From sequence record MW349128.1: a stretch of 64,000 nt of DNA, one strand, 5' to 3'. The notes below the pieces were generated by a model. It searched no databases and was not told the origin of the DNA. It was given only the letters and a program-made list of their open reading frames with translations. Below, piece after piece: positions 19,773 to 29,314 of this stretch. The position numbers and the translations under genes are program-made. Each line of letters begins with the position of its first letter. The stretch's first letter is position 1.

Positions 19773-21692
19773 TTATTCTAAAGATCCTTCATCAGTTGAC
19801 TCTGGAGATTCTTCTACTTGTGATGTAGAAATATTAACATTAATATCTTTACTTACACTATCAGAAACAACTTTAACTTTAGAAGTTCCTTCAGCTTTAG
19901 CAGTTACAAGACCGTTATTGTCAACTGAAGCAAATTCAGATCCTTCAGTAATAGAGTAACTTACAGGGTTTCCTTTAGGATCTGTAGTTACTGTTAATTG
20001 TTGAGTTTCATTATCTTTCATATCAACACTATCAGGAGTAACTGTTAGACTTTTAGTCTTTACTCTAGTTACATTAACGCTAACTGTCTTACTTACACTA
20101 TCAGAAACAACCTTAACTTTAGCAGTTCCTACAGCTTTAGCAGTTACAAGACCACTACTATTAACTGAAGCAAATTCAGATCCTTCAGTAATAGAATAGT
20201 TTACAGGGTTTCCTTTAGGATCTGTAGTTACTGTTAATTTTTGAGTTGATTCTGCATCTATGTTAATTGTTTGTGGATTAACATTTATGCTTTTAGTCTT
20301 TACTCTAGTTACATTAACATTAACTGTCTTACTAATAGAATCAGAACTTACTTTAATTTTAGCAGTTCCTACAGCTTTAGCAGTTACAAGACCGTTATTG
20401 TCAACTGAAACGTATTCAGAGCCTTCAGTAATAGAATAATTTACAGTATTTGTAGATGGTTGAATTTTAACGTCTAACTGTTGATATGATTCTGCATCTA
20501 TGTTAACTTCTTCTGGAGTAACAGTTAGACTTTTAGTCTTTAAACGACTTACATTAACCTTTACATCTTTAGAAACATTATCTGATTTAACTGTAACAGT
20601 TGCAGTTCCTTCAGAAATACCAGTAATATTTCCTTTATTATCTAATGAAGCAAATTCAGAACCGTCTTTTAATTCAAAGCTTACTTTTCTTCCTTCAGGT
20701 TCAGTAGTAACTTCTAATTGTTGAGTTCCTTCAGCTTCAATATTAACTGTTTCTGGAGTAACATTTATACTTTTAGTTTGATTAATGCTTTCAAATTTTC
20801 CATCTTTAGGATTATAAACAGAATATTCAAGTTTTTTATCAATTTCTTTTTGTGCAGTTTCTTCACTTAAAATACGTACATTAAAGTTAATGATATTGTC
20901 TTGAATGTTTCTTTCAATAACTTTAACAACTATTTTTCCTTCTTTACTATAGAAGAATAAGCGATTTTTATTACGTTCAAATTTAGCAAAGCTAGTATCA
21001 CTAACTTCAACTGATAATAATTGTAATAAATTCTCTTTACTTATAGGAGTTACTTCTTTAGAATCAAAGTCTTTATATCCTACAATTTTCTCTAAAGGTA
21101 ATACAGATTCTTTATATACATTAATATCTTGTTGTAATTGAACAAGACGACCTGTAATTTTACCATATTCTTTTACTTGAATAAATACTTCATCATGTAC
21201 TCTTTCAAAAAGATCTTTATGACCTTCAGAAATAGCAATGTCATAATTTTCATCTGCATCTTCAGGGAAGTATAATCTTAATTTGTATTCTTCATCAATT
21301 TCAAGATCAGAAGTAGGTATACTTAATATTTCATTTTTAATATCTTTAACATTATGTGTACTTACAACTGTTTTATCAGATAATTTGATTAAATCAAATT
21401 TAAGTAAACCAAATACATCACGAGCATCAACAGGATTTACATAGAAAGGAACATTAATAAATTTATCTTGTTCTCCTTCAGTTTTGAAATAAATAGTACG
21501 TCTATCATATTTAATTTTTCCAGTTTCAGGTAAAGGTGTAACATCAGTAATAGTCCAACCAGCTTGTTTTAAACTAGCTAAATCACTACCAGAAAGAATA
21601 ACATTTTCTCTAGGACCGTATTCTTTATAACCTAAAAATGGAATTATTTTTTCGTCTAATACTTTCACTTTATAAAAGTTAGTAGTTGCCAT
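19773..21692 (-). CDS. Virion surface protein with four Ig-like (Big_2) domains
   Basis: Four repeats of about 80 aa, KTKS.TVTP...QQL.V...YSITEGSEFASV.NNGLVTAKA.GT. Confidence 0.88.
   Translation of the reverse strand: MATTNFYKVKVLDEKIIPFLGYKEYGPRENVILSGSDLASLKQAGWTITDVTPLPETGKIKYDRRTIYFKTEGEQDKFINVPFYVNPVDARDVFGLLKFDLIKLSDKTVVSTHNVKDIKNEILSIPTSDLEIDEEYKLRLYFPEDADENYDIAISEGHKDLFERVHDEVFIQVKEYGKITGRLVQLQQDINVYKESVLPLEKIVGYKDFDSKEVTPISKENLLQLLSVEVSDTSFAKFERNKNRLFFYSKEGKIVVKVIERNIQDNIINFNVRILSEETAQKEIDKKLEYSVYNPKDGKFESINQTKSINVTPETVNIEAEGTQQLEVTTEPEGRKVSFELKDGSEFASLDNKGNITGISEGTATVTVKSDNVSKDVKVNVSRLKTKSLTVTPEEVNIDAESYQQLDVKIQPSTNTVNYSITEGSEYVSVDNNGLVTAKAVGTAKIKVSSDSISKTVNVNVTRVKTKSINVNPQTINIDAESTQKLTVTTDPKGNPVNYSITEGSEFASVNSSGLVTAKAVGTAKVKVVSDSVSKTVSVNVTRVKTKSLTVTPDSVDMKDNETQQLTVTTDPKGNPVSYSITEGSEFASVDNNGLVTAKAEGTSKVKVVSDSVSKDINVNISTSQVEESPESTDEGSLE
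19830..20780 (-). repeat. 240-bp-period tandem repeats encoding the Ig domains
   Basis: GTCTTTACTCTAGTTACATTAAC at about 20056 and 20296; TCAGATCCTTCAGTAATAGA recurs at the same period. Confidence 0.88.
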
Positions 21693-21712
21693 TATCAGTT
21701 AAACTTCCTTTC

Positions 21713-22237
21713 TTATTTTGAGTTTTCTTTTAATAATTCAATTAAATCTTTTTTACGTGCATTATTTGGATATTCAATGCCTTTTGAATCTAATTCATCT
21801 TTAAGTTCAGCAACAGTGAATTCATTTAAATCTTCTTCACTAATTTCTGATTCTTCTTTAGAATTATCTTCTTGAGGTTCATCTACTTTTTCATCAACTG
21901 ACTGTTCTTCATTACTTCCTTCAGAAACTTCGCTCTCTTCTTTGCTTTCTGAAGAGTCGCTTTCCTCATCTTTCTTTGTCTCAACTGTTGTATCATTATT
22001 TTCTTCAACATTGACTTCTTCATTCTTTTCAGCTTTTTCTTCTTTTTTATTATCTTTATCACTAGGATATTCATAATCTTCATCCACTACTGTTACTTGT
22101 AAACCTAAACGTCTATATAAACGAATTTGAGATCCTGTAGCAATAAATGGTTTAACAAAAGGTCCTTTACCTTTACCAGGAACAAATGCTTTTTCATTAA
22201 TAATAATGAAATTATTATCTTCATTGAAATTTAACAT
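21713..22237 (-). CDS. Small late protein with acidic linker and C-terminal HeH/LEM (Rho-N-like) domain
   Basis: LNEFTVAELKDELDSKGIEYPNNARKKDLIELLK; N-terminal module shared with 26034..27188. Confidence 0.75.
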   Translation of the reverse strand: MLNFNEDNNFIIINEKAFVPGKGKGPFVKPFIATGSQIRLYRRLGLQVTVVDEDYEYPSDKDNKKEEKAEKNEEVNVEENNDTTVETKKDEESDSSESKEESEVSEGSNEEQSVDEKVDEPQEDNSKEESEISEEDLNEFTVAELKDELDSKGIEYPNNARKKDLIELLKENSK

Positions 22238-22322
22238 ATAATTTTCTTTCCTTTCATCTTTATTATTTTATTATATAAAAAAGTTAAAAAGGGATTTTAT
22301 AAAAATCCCTTTAAGAACTTAA

Positions 22323-23120
22323 TTAACTAAATGTACCCCATGCAGCACCAATACGTTGTCCTTTACCATTTGATTTACCAATTGGTACATAAACATATTG
22401 ACCTTTAAAGTTACCTGATACCCAAATATGTCCATCGAAATCTTGAATTTCATCATATTTAATAGTATCACCTTTCTTCATAAATGGACCTTGAGCCCAT
22501 CCAGTCCATGGACCATTTTTACGAGTAATAATTCCTGAAGAAACATTACATGTGAATTTAGCTTTTTCAGTTTTCCATAGAATACCTGCTGAGTTGCGTT
22601 TCCAAGTATTAGTTGTAGACGCTTTCTTAGGAGCTGCTTTCTTAACTACTTTTTTCTTAGGAGCCGCTTTCTTAGGAGTTGCTTTCTTAGTAGCTGTACT
22701 ACCAAAAGCTGGACGAATTACTCCCCAGAAACCTGTATAATCATGAAATACTTTAGCTGCCGGTGAACCGTTACTTCCTGCATTAAACCAGTTTTGGTCA
22801 ACTGAATAGAAGTTATTTAAGTTAGCTGAAGTAATAATACCTGTATGACCATAAACATCATAAGGTGCATAAGCCCAAATAGCAATATCACCAGGTTGAG
22901 GTAAGAATGATGGAGTATTTTTAATTAATTTCCATCCAGCTGGCATTGTGTTGTCTTTAAGATTAATTGCATTACCCCAAGGACGGAAAGAACCACCTGA
23001 GATGTAATTACAGTAACCTATAGTTAAATCCATACACTGAGCTCCATACCAACCATCAAAATCTAGTCTACGACCAATGCGGTTGTTAACCCAATCAAGA
23101 GCTTGAGTTTTTGTTTTCAT
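22323..23120 (-). CDS. Peptidoglycan hydrolase, CHAP plus SH3b
   Basis: QCMDL, GHTGI, DQNW; K/A/P linker; lysostaphin-type SH3b (WKRN..GPWTG..YDE..DGHIWVS). Confidence 0.93.
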   Translation of the reverse strand: MKTKTQALDWVNNRIGRRLDFDGWYGAQCMDLTIGYCNYISGGSFRPWGNAINLKDNTMPAGWKLIKNTPSFLPQPGDIAIWAYAPYDVYGHTGIITSANLNNFYSVDQNWFNAGSNGSPAAKVFHDYTGFWGVIRPAFGSTATKKATPKKAAPKKKVVKKAAPKKASTTNTWKRNSAGILWKTEKAKFTCNVSSGIITRKNGPWTGWAQGPFMKKGDTIKYDEIQDFDGHIWVSGNFKGQYVYVPIGKSNGKGQRIGAAWGTFS

Positions 23121-23161
23121 ATAGAATTCAAATCCTTTCTTTATTCCATTTTATATATTTA

Positions 23162-23173
23162 TAATAACCTGTT
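23162..23173 (-). promoter_or_regulatory. Late promoter motif AACA-N6-TA (representative of 11 exact sites)
   Basis: Also at 24227, 27340, 30625, 33401, 39554, 45664, 54879 and 62264 (-) and at 39789, 55630 and 57290 (+ sites included in the finding); each lies just upstream of a late gene. Confidence 0.8.
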
Positions 23174-23189
23174 CTTCTATTAAAGAAAT

Positions 23190-23220
23190 AAGTCCTAACG
23201 CTCTATATGAACGTTAGGAC
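23190..23220 (-). terminator. Terminator between the two lysin genes
   Basis: GTCCTAACG/CGTTAGGAC inverted repeat. Confidence 0.65.
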
Positions 23221-23235
23221 AATTAAATTAATAAA

Positions 23236-24198
23236 TTAACTAAATGTACCCCATGCTGGCCCTACACGTTTACCATTTCCTGTTGATTTACCAACCGGTA
23301 CATAAACATATTGACCTTTAAAGTTACCTGATACCCAAATATAACCATCAAAATCTTGAATTTCATCATATTTAATAGTATCTCCTTTAGCCATAAATGG
23401 ACCTTGCGGCCATCCAGTCCATGGACCACCTTTACGAGTTTTAATACCTACTGAAACACCACATTTAAATGTAGCTTTTTCAGTTTTCCATAGAATACCT
23501 GCAGAATTACGTTTCCAAGTTTTAGAAGTTACAGTTGAAGTTTTAGCTGGTTTAGCTGGAGCTTTCTTAGCAACTTCTTCTTTAGTAGCAACTTTAGTTG
23601 TTTTACTGTCTTTTGCAGTCGAAGTAACACCAGATTTCATATAAGCTAATACTTTTTTATCTACATTAGAAACACTACGAGACATACCGCACGCAGCTAA
23701 TAAGTTACCTGGATCTTGTTTATCTGCCTGAATATCTTGATGTCCAGGCATATTTGTGCTAGCGTTAATCTTATATGTTTTACATAAATAAGCTAATACA
23801 CGACAGTAATTATCAAATGATTTTAATGAACGATTACGGTCTGAGAAGTAACATCCTTCTACACCGATAGCACCGTCATTAGCATCAATACCGTACCAAG
23901 AGTTATCAGTTGGTGTATTGTACATAACATGCCAAGCTTTTTCATCTAAAGGAACACAAATAATGCATTCTTTATCGTCAACAAAGATATGAGCTGATGC
24001 TGTGTAGTTCCAATCGATATTATATGAATTACGATAGTAATCAACATTATTTTGAGCCGTTGTATTCGGGTTTCCTGTGTCATGAGCAACAATAAATTTA
24101 GGTCCGTTAAGCTTATCTCCAGCTCTACGAGTACCTATTGGTAAAAAATCAGTATATACAGGAACACCGTTCCATGTACCGATATGTTTTTTAGCCAT
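23236..24198 (-). CDS. N-acetylmuramoyl-L-alanine amidase (Amidase_2) plus SH3b
   Basis: AHDTGN, SAHIFVD, AWH, GHQDI..KQDPG; SH3b nearly identical to that of the CHAP lysin. Confidence 0.93.
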   Translation of the reverse strand: MAKKHIGTWNGVPVYTDFLPIGTRRAGDKLNGPKFIVAHDTGNPNTTAQNNVDYYRNSYNIDWNYTASAHIFVDDKECIICVPLDEKAWHVMYNTPTDNSWYGIDANDGAIGVEGCYFSDRNRSLKSFDNYCRVLAYLCKTYKINASTNMPGHQDIQADKQDPGNLLAACGMSRSVSNVDKKVLAYMKSGVTSTAKDSKTTKVATKEEVAKKAPAKPAKTSTVTSKTWKRNSAGILWKTEKATFKCGVSVGIKTRKGGPWTGWPQGPFMAKGDTIKYDEIQDFDGYIWVSGNFKGQYVYVPVGKSTGNGKRVGPAWGTFS

Positions 24199-24239
24199 AA
24201 AAAATTTCCTCCATTTATTTTTATTATATTTACTTGTTC

Positions 24240-24473
24240 TTATTCTTCTTCTTTACTAGACCATTCTTCAGTATTCATAATATCTTGGGCTTCAGCTGCA
24301 TCAACAACTAAAACATTTTCTTCCTCTTGAATTCCATTATCTAAAATTTCAGCATATTCTAGATGACAAATAGTTTTATTTCCATCTACAGATTTTCTCC
24401 AATATTTAGTACTATATCCTAATTTCTCAAAAAATTCTACATTTGCAATTACAAATTTCATTACAAGTTCCAC
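24240..24473 (-). CDS. Small protein of the fibre/LamG cassette
   Basis: 77 aa, overlaps the stop of the upstream LamG gene. Confidence 0.7.
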   Translation of the reverse strand: MELVMKFVIANVEFFEKLGYSTKYWRKSVDGNKTICHLEYAEILDNGIQEEENVLVVDAAEAQDIMNTEEWSSKEEE

Positions 24474-25300
24474 CTTTCTTTTTCTAAATTATAGTTGTAC
24501 TGAATTTCTTGTTCAGTAAGCACTCTATCGTAAATTTTCATTGAATAGAGTTCATGTTCAAATCTTCTATAATAAGCTGTAGCATCTCCTTGACCTAAAA
24601 ATACTTTAAAATCTGTTTCTTGAGAAGTTGTAATTGTAATATCATTTAAAGGTTTCTCATCCTTTTTTACCCCATTTACATATAATGTAATTTTGTCGTT
24701 TTTATCAACTGTAGATACTAGATGAAATTCATCGCCATATTTATATCCTTCTGATTTACTAAATGAATAGGTACTTCTACCACCTTCAGCTCCATAGTAA
24801 GTAGAAGCAGAAATACTATATTCCTCAGAAGAAACTATATTATTGTCCTTTATAAACTGTAACCAAAATCTACCATATGTTTTACTGGTCATAAAAATTT
24901 CAGATCCTTTTTCTATAAGTTTATCTGACATTTTTAGTGTCATTTCAACTGAAAATTTTTGACCATTGTTAATTTTCTTCATATCTAACTGACTTACCGT
25001 TCCGTCAGGGTGTTTTGCCATAGGTATAATTCTATCATCAATACCATCAAATTTTAATCCTTTATTATAACCACTTTCAGAGTTATATAGGAAATTAAAA
25101 TGTTGTGCGTTTTCAGTAGATCTTCCAGTTAGGTCTTTGGTAACACCTTTATTAGTATCAATATTTTTCATACCATTAAAATCATACCATAAAACTAATC
25201 CATCTTTAATTGGGTTAGGGTATATTAATTTACTACCTTGATAAACAAAAGATATGGGATTATTGCCTAATCTAATTGTATTCATAATTATAACCCCCAT
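24461..25300 (-). CDS. LamG/concanavalin-A-like domain protein (putative receptor binding)
   Basis: DGLVLWYDF, LKFDGIDD, HLVSTV..ITLYVNG, MKIYDRVLTEQEI. Confidence 0.85.
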   Translation of the reverse strand: MGVIIMNTIRLGNNPISFVYQGSKLIYPNPIKDGLVLWYDFNGMKNIDTNKGVTKDLTGRSTENAQHFNFLYNSESGYNKGLKFDGIDDRIIPMAKHPDGTVSQLDMKKINNGQKFSVEMTLKMSDKLIEKGSEIFMTSKTYGRFWLQFIKDNNIVSSEEYSISASTYYGAEGGRSTYSFSKSEGYKYGDEFHLVSTVDKNDKITLYVNGVKKDEKPLNDITITTSQETDFKVFLGQGDATAYYRRFEHELYSMKIYDRVLTEQEIQYNYNLEKERWNL

Positions 25301-26028
25301 CTTTCTTTTTCTAACTGATAATTATGTTTGATTTCTTCTTCAGTAAGAGTTCTGTTATATATTCTAGTTGACATTAAACTTCCTTCTAAATCATTCATAA
25401 TCTCTATATCAAACATTTTTTCATATTGAGGTTTTATTTCTGTAGTGTTTGATCCGTTTTCTTTATAATCTCCATTAATATAACATTTAATTCCATTAGG
25501 ACTGAAAACTGCAGTAAAATGAAAAGCTTCTGAACCAACCTCGAATACATTTCTCGATAGGTAATTTCTATTCCATCCATCTTCCTTTAAAGAATTTTTC
25601 ATGCACAACATCAATTGATTTGAATCATGATAAGTTAAGGACCAACCCATATAATAACCACAATATATTATATGATTTGTTCCACTATTTTCAGTTGCAT
25701 TCATTTTTCCAGTCCATTCTACAGTTAAATTATCTAACATAAATCTACCATCAGAACCATCAACAATTATCTTGTCATCTATTCCGTCAAAATTAAGATT
25801 ATTATTACTATATCCACTTTCACTATTAAAAGCAAAATTATTTAATTTTCCATCATTATCAATATTTATCATATTTTTTGCAATACTTTTATTAGCACTA
25901 TCATTTTTCATGCTTGCAAAATCATACCATAGAATTAAACCATCTTTAATAGGATTCGGATAGATTAAATCTTTACCTTTATATAGAAAAGATGATTTAA
26001 GACTTCCTATATTTATCATTTTAGTCAT
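25288..26028 (-). CDS. LamG/concanavalin-A-like domain protein, paralogue of 24461..25300
   Basis: LIYPNPIKDGLILWYDF, LNFDGIDD, RIYNRTLTEEEI..NYQLEKERW. Confidence 0.85.
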   Translation of the reverse strand: MTKMINIGSLKSSFLYKGKDLIYPNPIKDGLILWYDFASMKNDSANKSIAKNMINIDNDGKLNNFAFNSESGYSNNNLNFDGIDDKIIVDGSDGRFMLDNLTVEWTGKMNATENSGTNHIIYCGYYMGWSLTYHDSNQLMLCMKNSLKEDGWNRNYLSRNVFEVGSEAFHFTAVFSPNGIKCYINGDYKENGSNTTEIKPQYEKMFDIEIMNDLEGSLMSTRIYNRTLTEEEIKHNYQLEKERWGL

Positions 26029-26033
26029 CCTTT

Positions 26034-27188
26034 CTATATAATAAAGTAAAGAGTATTAGGGTCTTTTTCTTCTAAAGTTTCATACTCTTCTCTAGTAAAA
26101 ACTTTAGGAGGAGCTGAATCACCTTTTTCACCTTTTAAGTTAGATAACTGTCCCTCAGTGAAATCAGAATATTTGAAGGGGTCGCCTTTTTCACCTTTTA
26201 ATTCTTCTTTATCTTTAGTAGTTAAATCATTAAAAGTTAATTTATCTCCTTTTTCACCTTTTAATTCATTTAACTGTTCTTCTGTAAAATCAGAATATTT
26301 GAAGGGGTCGCCTTTTTCACCTTTTAAGTTAGATAACTGTTCCTCTGTAAAATCAGAATATTTGAACGGTTCTCCTTGAGGGCCTTGAGGACCTTGATCA
26401 CCTTCATACATTTCAGCATTTTCTATCATATAATTTTTAAGATTCTCTTTATAATCTAATAAATTATTTTCAAAATCGTTTATTCTATTATTAAATGATT
26501 CTTGTGAAGATTTTAATTCTTCAGATTTATCTTTTATAAGGTTTAATTTTTCTTCAACTTTAATTACACTATTTTCCATATCCTTAATATAATTTGCAGT
26601 TTCACTTAAACTTTGCATTTCATCATTAAGACTCATTGTATTGTTATAATTACTATTGAACTGTTCTTTGACTTTTTCAAAATCAGATAAAGTGGCTTTC
26701 ATATCATTCAACTTAGTATTCATATCTTCTATTGTTGAAATCACATCTTCTTTTTCAGATTGAAGATCTGATTTTTTATTTTCTATGCTGTTTTTAAATT
26801 CATCAAGATCACTTAAGTATGCATCAAGATTATCAGTGTCAATTGAATTTTCTTTAACTTTGTTAAATTTATCTTCCATTTCTTTATTAATCTTTTCACT
26901 GTCATTAGACATAATCTTTATTTGTTTAAGTATTTCATTAACTTGTAGATACTTTAGTTCAATAAATTCTTCTACCGATTTTATTTCTTCAACTTCGTAT
27001 TTCCCATCTTCATTTATATCTACATAATCATATTCAGTTATTCTCTTATATTGTATATTCATTAAGTCATATAATTTTAAAATATCTTTATCAACATAAA
27101 AAGGTTTATTTATTGGTCCCATTCCTTTATTAGGTATATATGTTTTATGGGGAACCGTTATTAAAACTTTACCATCTTCTTTATTCAA
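26034..27188 (-). CDS. Fibre-like protein (coiled coil plus collagen-like repeats)
   Basis: Heptad region; GDQGPQGPQG; repeats of LKGEKGD(PFKYSDFTEEQL); C-terminal FTREEYETLEEKDPNTLYFI, typical of fibre ends. Confidence 0.8.
   Translation of the reverse strand: MNKEDGKVLITVPHKTYIPNKGMGPINKPFYVDKDILKLYDLMNIQYKRITEYDYVDINEDGKYEVEEIKSVEEFIELKYLQVNEILKQIKIMSNDSEKINKEMEDKFNKVKENSIDTDNLDAYLSDLDEFKNSIENKKSDLQSEKEDVISTIEDMNTKLNDMKATLSDFEKVKEQFNSNYNNTMSLNDEMQSLSETANYIKDMENSVIKVEEKLNLIKDKSEELKSSQESFNNRINDFENNLLDYKENLKNYMIENAEMYEGDQGPQGPQGEPFKYSDFTEEQLSNLKGEKGDPFKYSDFTEEQLNELKGEKGDKLTFNDLTTKDKEELKGEKGDPFKYSDFTEGQLSNLKGEKGDSAPPKVFTREEYETLEEKDPNTLYFII
26110..26405 (-). repeat. About 57-bp-period repeats encoding LKGEKGD-PFKYSDFT units
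   Basis: AAATCAGAATATTTGAA three times and TTTTCACCTTTTAA four times. Confidence 0.85.
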
Positions 27189-27359
27189 AAGGTTTCTCCT
27201 ACTTTCTGTTTAAATTTTTTCAAATAAATCCCCCTAATACACTTTATAAATCGATGATTGTCTCTTATTTTTAAATTGGCTCATCGTTTAGTAATGTATT
27301 AGGGTATTTATTCAAAACAGCGAAAAATAATTAATATTATATAATAATGTTATAAAATT

Positions 27360-29276
27360 CTAACCATTAATAATTTTAAAAATATTTTCGTTCAATAGAT
27401 TTTGTTCTAATCTATCTTCATTCATTAGCATTTCTTTTAATTCTTTTTCACTTTTATCTTCAAAATCAATAGTTTTTCCATTGATAATTAATGATGATTC
27501 ACTAACTTTAATTTCTTTATTGATATTAAGATCATTGATATTTTCACTTAAAGCTTTTTTGAATTTTTCTTCATCTTTATTAGGTACATTTTCATAAGCT
27601 TCAAAAACAATATCTTCATAGAATTCTTCTAAAGACTCTTGATGACCTTCATATAATACTTCATCTTTATTTTTCATTTCAGCATTAATTGATTCTTCTA
27701 ATTGTTCTAGATCAACTTCATTATTATTAAGTTCCTCTTTTACACTATGATCAACTTCATCTAAAGGATTTAAAAAGTTTTCTAAAATTCCATTTAGTGA
27801 TTCATTAGTGACACGTTGTAATAATTGAGTATTGAATTCTTCTTTAAGTGAATCAAAATCAATTTCATTACTAGTGTAAAGTTCTTTAAGTAATTTATTT
27901 CCTTTAGGAGCTACAACAATTACTTTCTTAAATCCTTTACCAAAGTCAACTTTATCTACAAGTAAAGAAGATGGATTATATACAGAAGGAGTTTGTGAAT
28001 AAGATTCTTTAGATACAACTATATCTACACGTTTACCTAATGATTCGGAAATTGTAGTTGCATATCTTAATAAATCTTTAGGTGAAAATTCTTCATTAGT
28101 TTCAAATTCATTAATAACTTTAGTTTTAAATTCAACATCATCAGAACCACAATTTTCACAAACTAATTCAGCTTCATTAACGTTAGGGTCAACTTCTTCT
28201 TGAACACCACACTCATTACAGATAACTTCTCCAATTTCTTTTTCTTGTTTAATCGCTTCATTCATATCTTTGCTACAATTTTCACAGATTAATTCATTGG
28301 ATTCATTAAGAGAAAGTTTACTACCACAATCTTCACAAATTTGTTGACCGTTTTTAATTTTTCCAGTTTCATTTAATAATCCACGCATAGTTTCAATTGA
28401 TTCATTAGTAACAAAAATTTGTTTTCTACTTTTAGATTCTAATTTAAAAGTATTTAAAATGGATTCACTAATTTTCTTAACTTCACCATTAAAAGCTTTT
28501 ACAATAGCAGTATCGTAATTTTCATTTACTTTAACAAAAGGAAATGCTTTATTTTCCTCATCTACGTAAGTTTCATTCGCAACAATATTTTTACTTTGAT
28601 TTTTTACTTCACTAGATTCAGGTGTACCTATTGTATATCCTACTTCGGCATCAGTATCTAACAAAGCATTTTTTAAATCTACAAAAGTAAATTCAGGTTT
28701 AGGGTCTTTATCGTATAAATAAGTTTCAGTAACTGCTCCTCCAACACTAGCTGTACCGTTAGCTGTTGACATTCCTCCATCACTAACAGAAGGTGCTGAA
28801 GTACTTGCACTAGATGTATTAACTCCATAAGTTGAATGAGGACCAAAAGTAGTAGGAACTACCATTTGAGAATCTAAGAATTTAGCTCTTAATTCAGTAT
28901 AACCAGGTTGTGTTTCTTCTTCATCTTCTTTATCATCTTCATTAAATAAAAGATTTTCTTGAACGTCATTATTTGCAGTATCAACATCAATTACTTCATC
29001 TTTATCTAAGATAATAGGATTATCGTATTCAGGATCATCAGAATCAATAATTTTTACATTATCTTCTTCTTCAGCATCTTCTATTTCATCAAGATCATCA
29101 GATTCCTCATCATCAATTTCTTCTTCATTGATTAATTTATTGAAAGTTTCTTCAATTTCTTCATCATCTTCAGGAATATCTCTTTTTAATTCCTCATCAT
29201 TACTATCTAAATCATTTCCTTCATATAAAAACATATCTTCTTCATTTAAATCTGTTTTATTTATTTTTTTAGACAT
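27360..29276 (-). CDS. Probable virion (head) protein with acidic N-terminus and Zn-ribbon motifs
   Basis: CEDCG..CENC and CNECG..CENCG; many (I/L/V)-N-E motifs; AACT-N6-TA motif upstream. Confidence 0.65.
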   Translation of the reverse strand: MSKKINKTDLNEEDMFLYEGNDLDSNDEELKRDIPEDDEEIEETFNKLINEEEIDDEESDDLDEIEDAEEEDNVKIIDSDDPEYDNPIILDKDEVIDVDTANNDVQENLLFNEDDKEDEEETQPGYTELRAKFLDSQMVVPTTFGPHSTYGVNTSSASTSAPSVSDGGMSTANGTASVGGAVTETYLYDKDPKPEFTFVDLKNALLDTDAEVGYTIGTPESSEVKNQSKNIVANETYVDEENKAFPFVKVNENYDTAIVKAFNGEVKKISESILNTFKLESKSRKQIFVTNESIETMRGLLNETGKIKNGQQICEDCGSKLSLNESNELICENCSKDMNEAIKQEKEIGEVICNECGVQEEVDPNVNEAELVCENCGSDDVEFKTKVINEFETNEEFSPKDLLRYATTISESLGKRVDIVVSKESYSQTPSVYNPSSLLVDKVDFGKGFKKVIVVAPKGNKLLKELYTSNEIDFDSLKEEFNTQLLQRVTNESLNGILENFLNPLDEVDHSVKEELNNNEVDLEQLEESINAEMKNKDEVLYEGHQESLEEFYEDIVFEAYENVPNKDEEKFKKALSENINDLNINKEIKVSESSLIINGKTIDFEDKSEKELKEMLMNEDRLEQNLLNENIFKIING

Positions 29277-29314
29277 ATTAAAATTCTCCTTTATTTTCTG
29301 TATTTTACAGTTTA

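Noticed and set aside
19830-23520. Ig repeats or duplicated SH3b regions as DGR template/variable repeats
   Set aside because: Differences are not confined to adenines, both copies are coding, and no reverse transcriptase is in the window.
26110-26405. Periodic repeats as a CRISPR array
   Set aside because: In-frame coding repeats without unique spacers; no cas genes. No CRISPR array was seen anywhere in the window.
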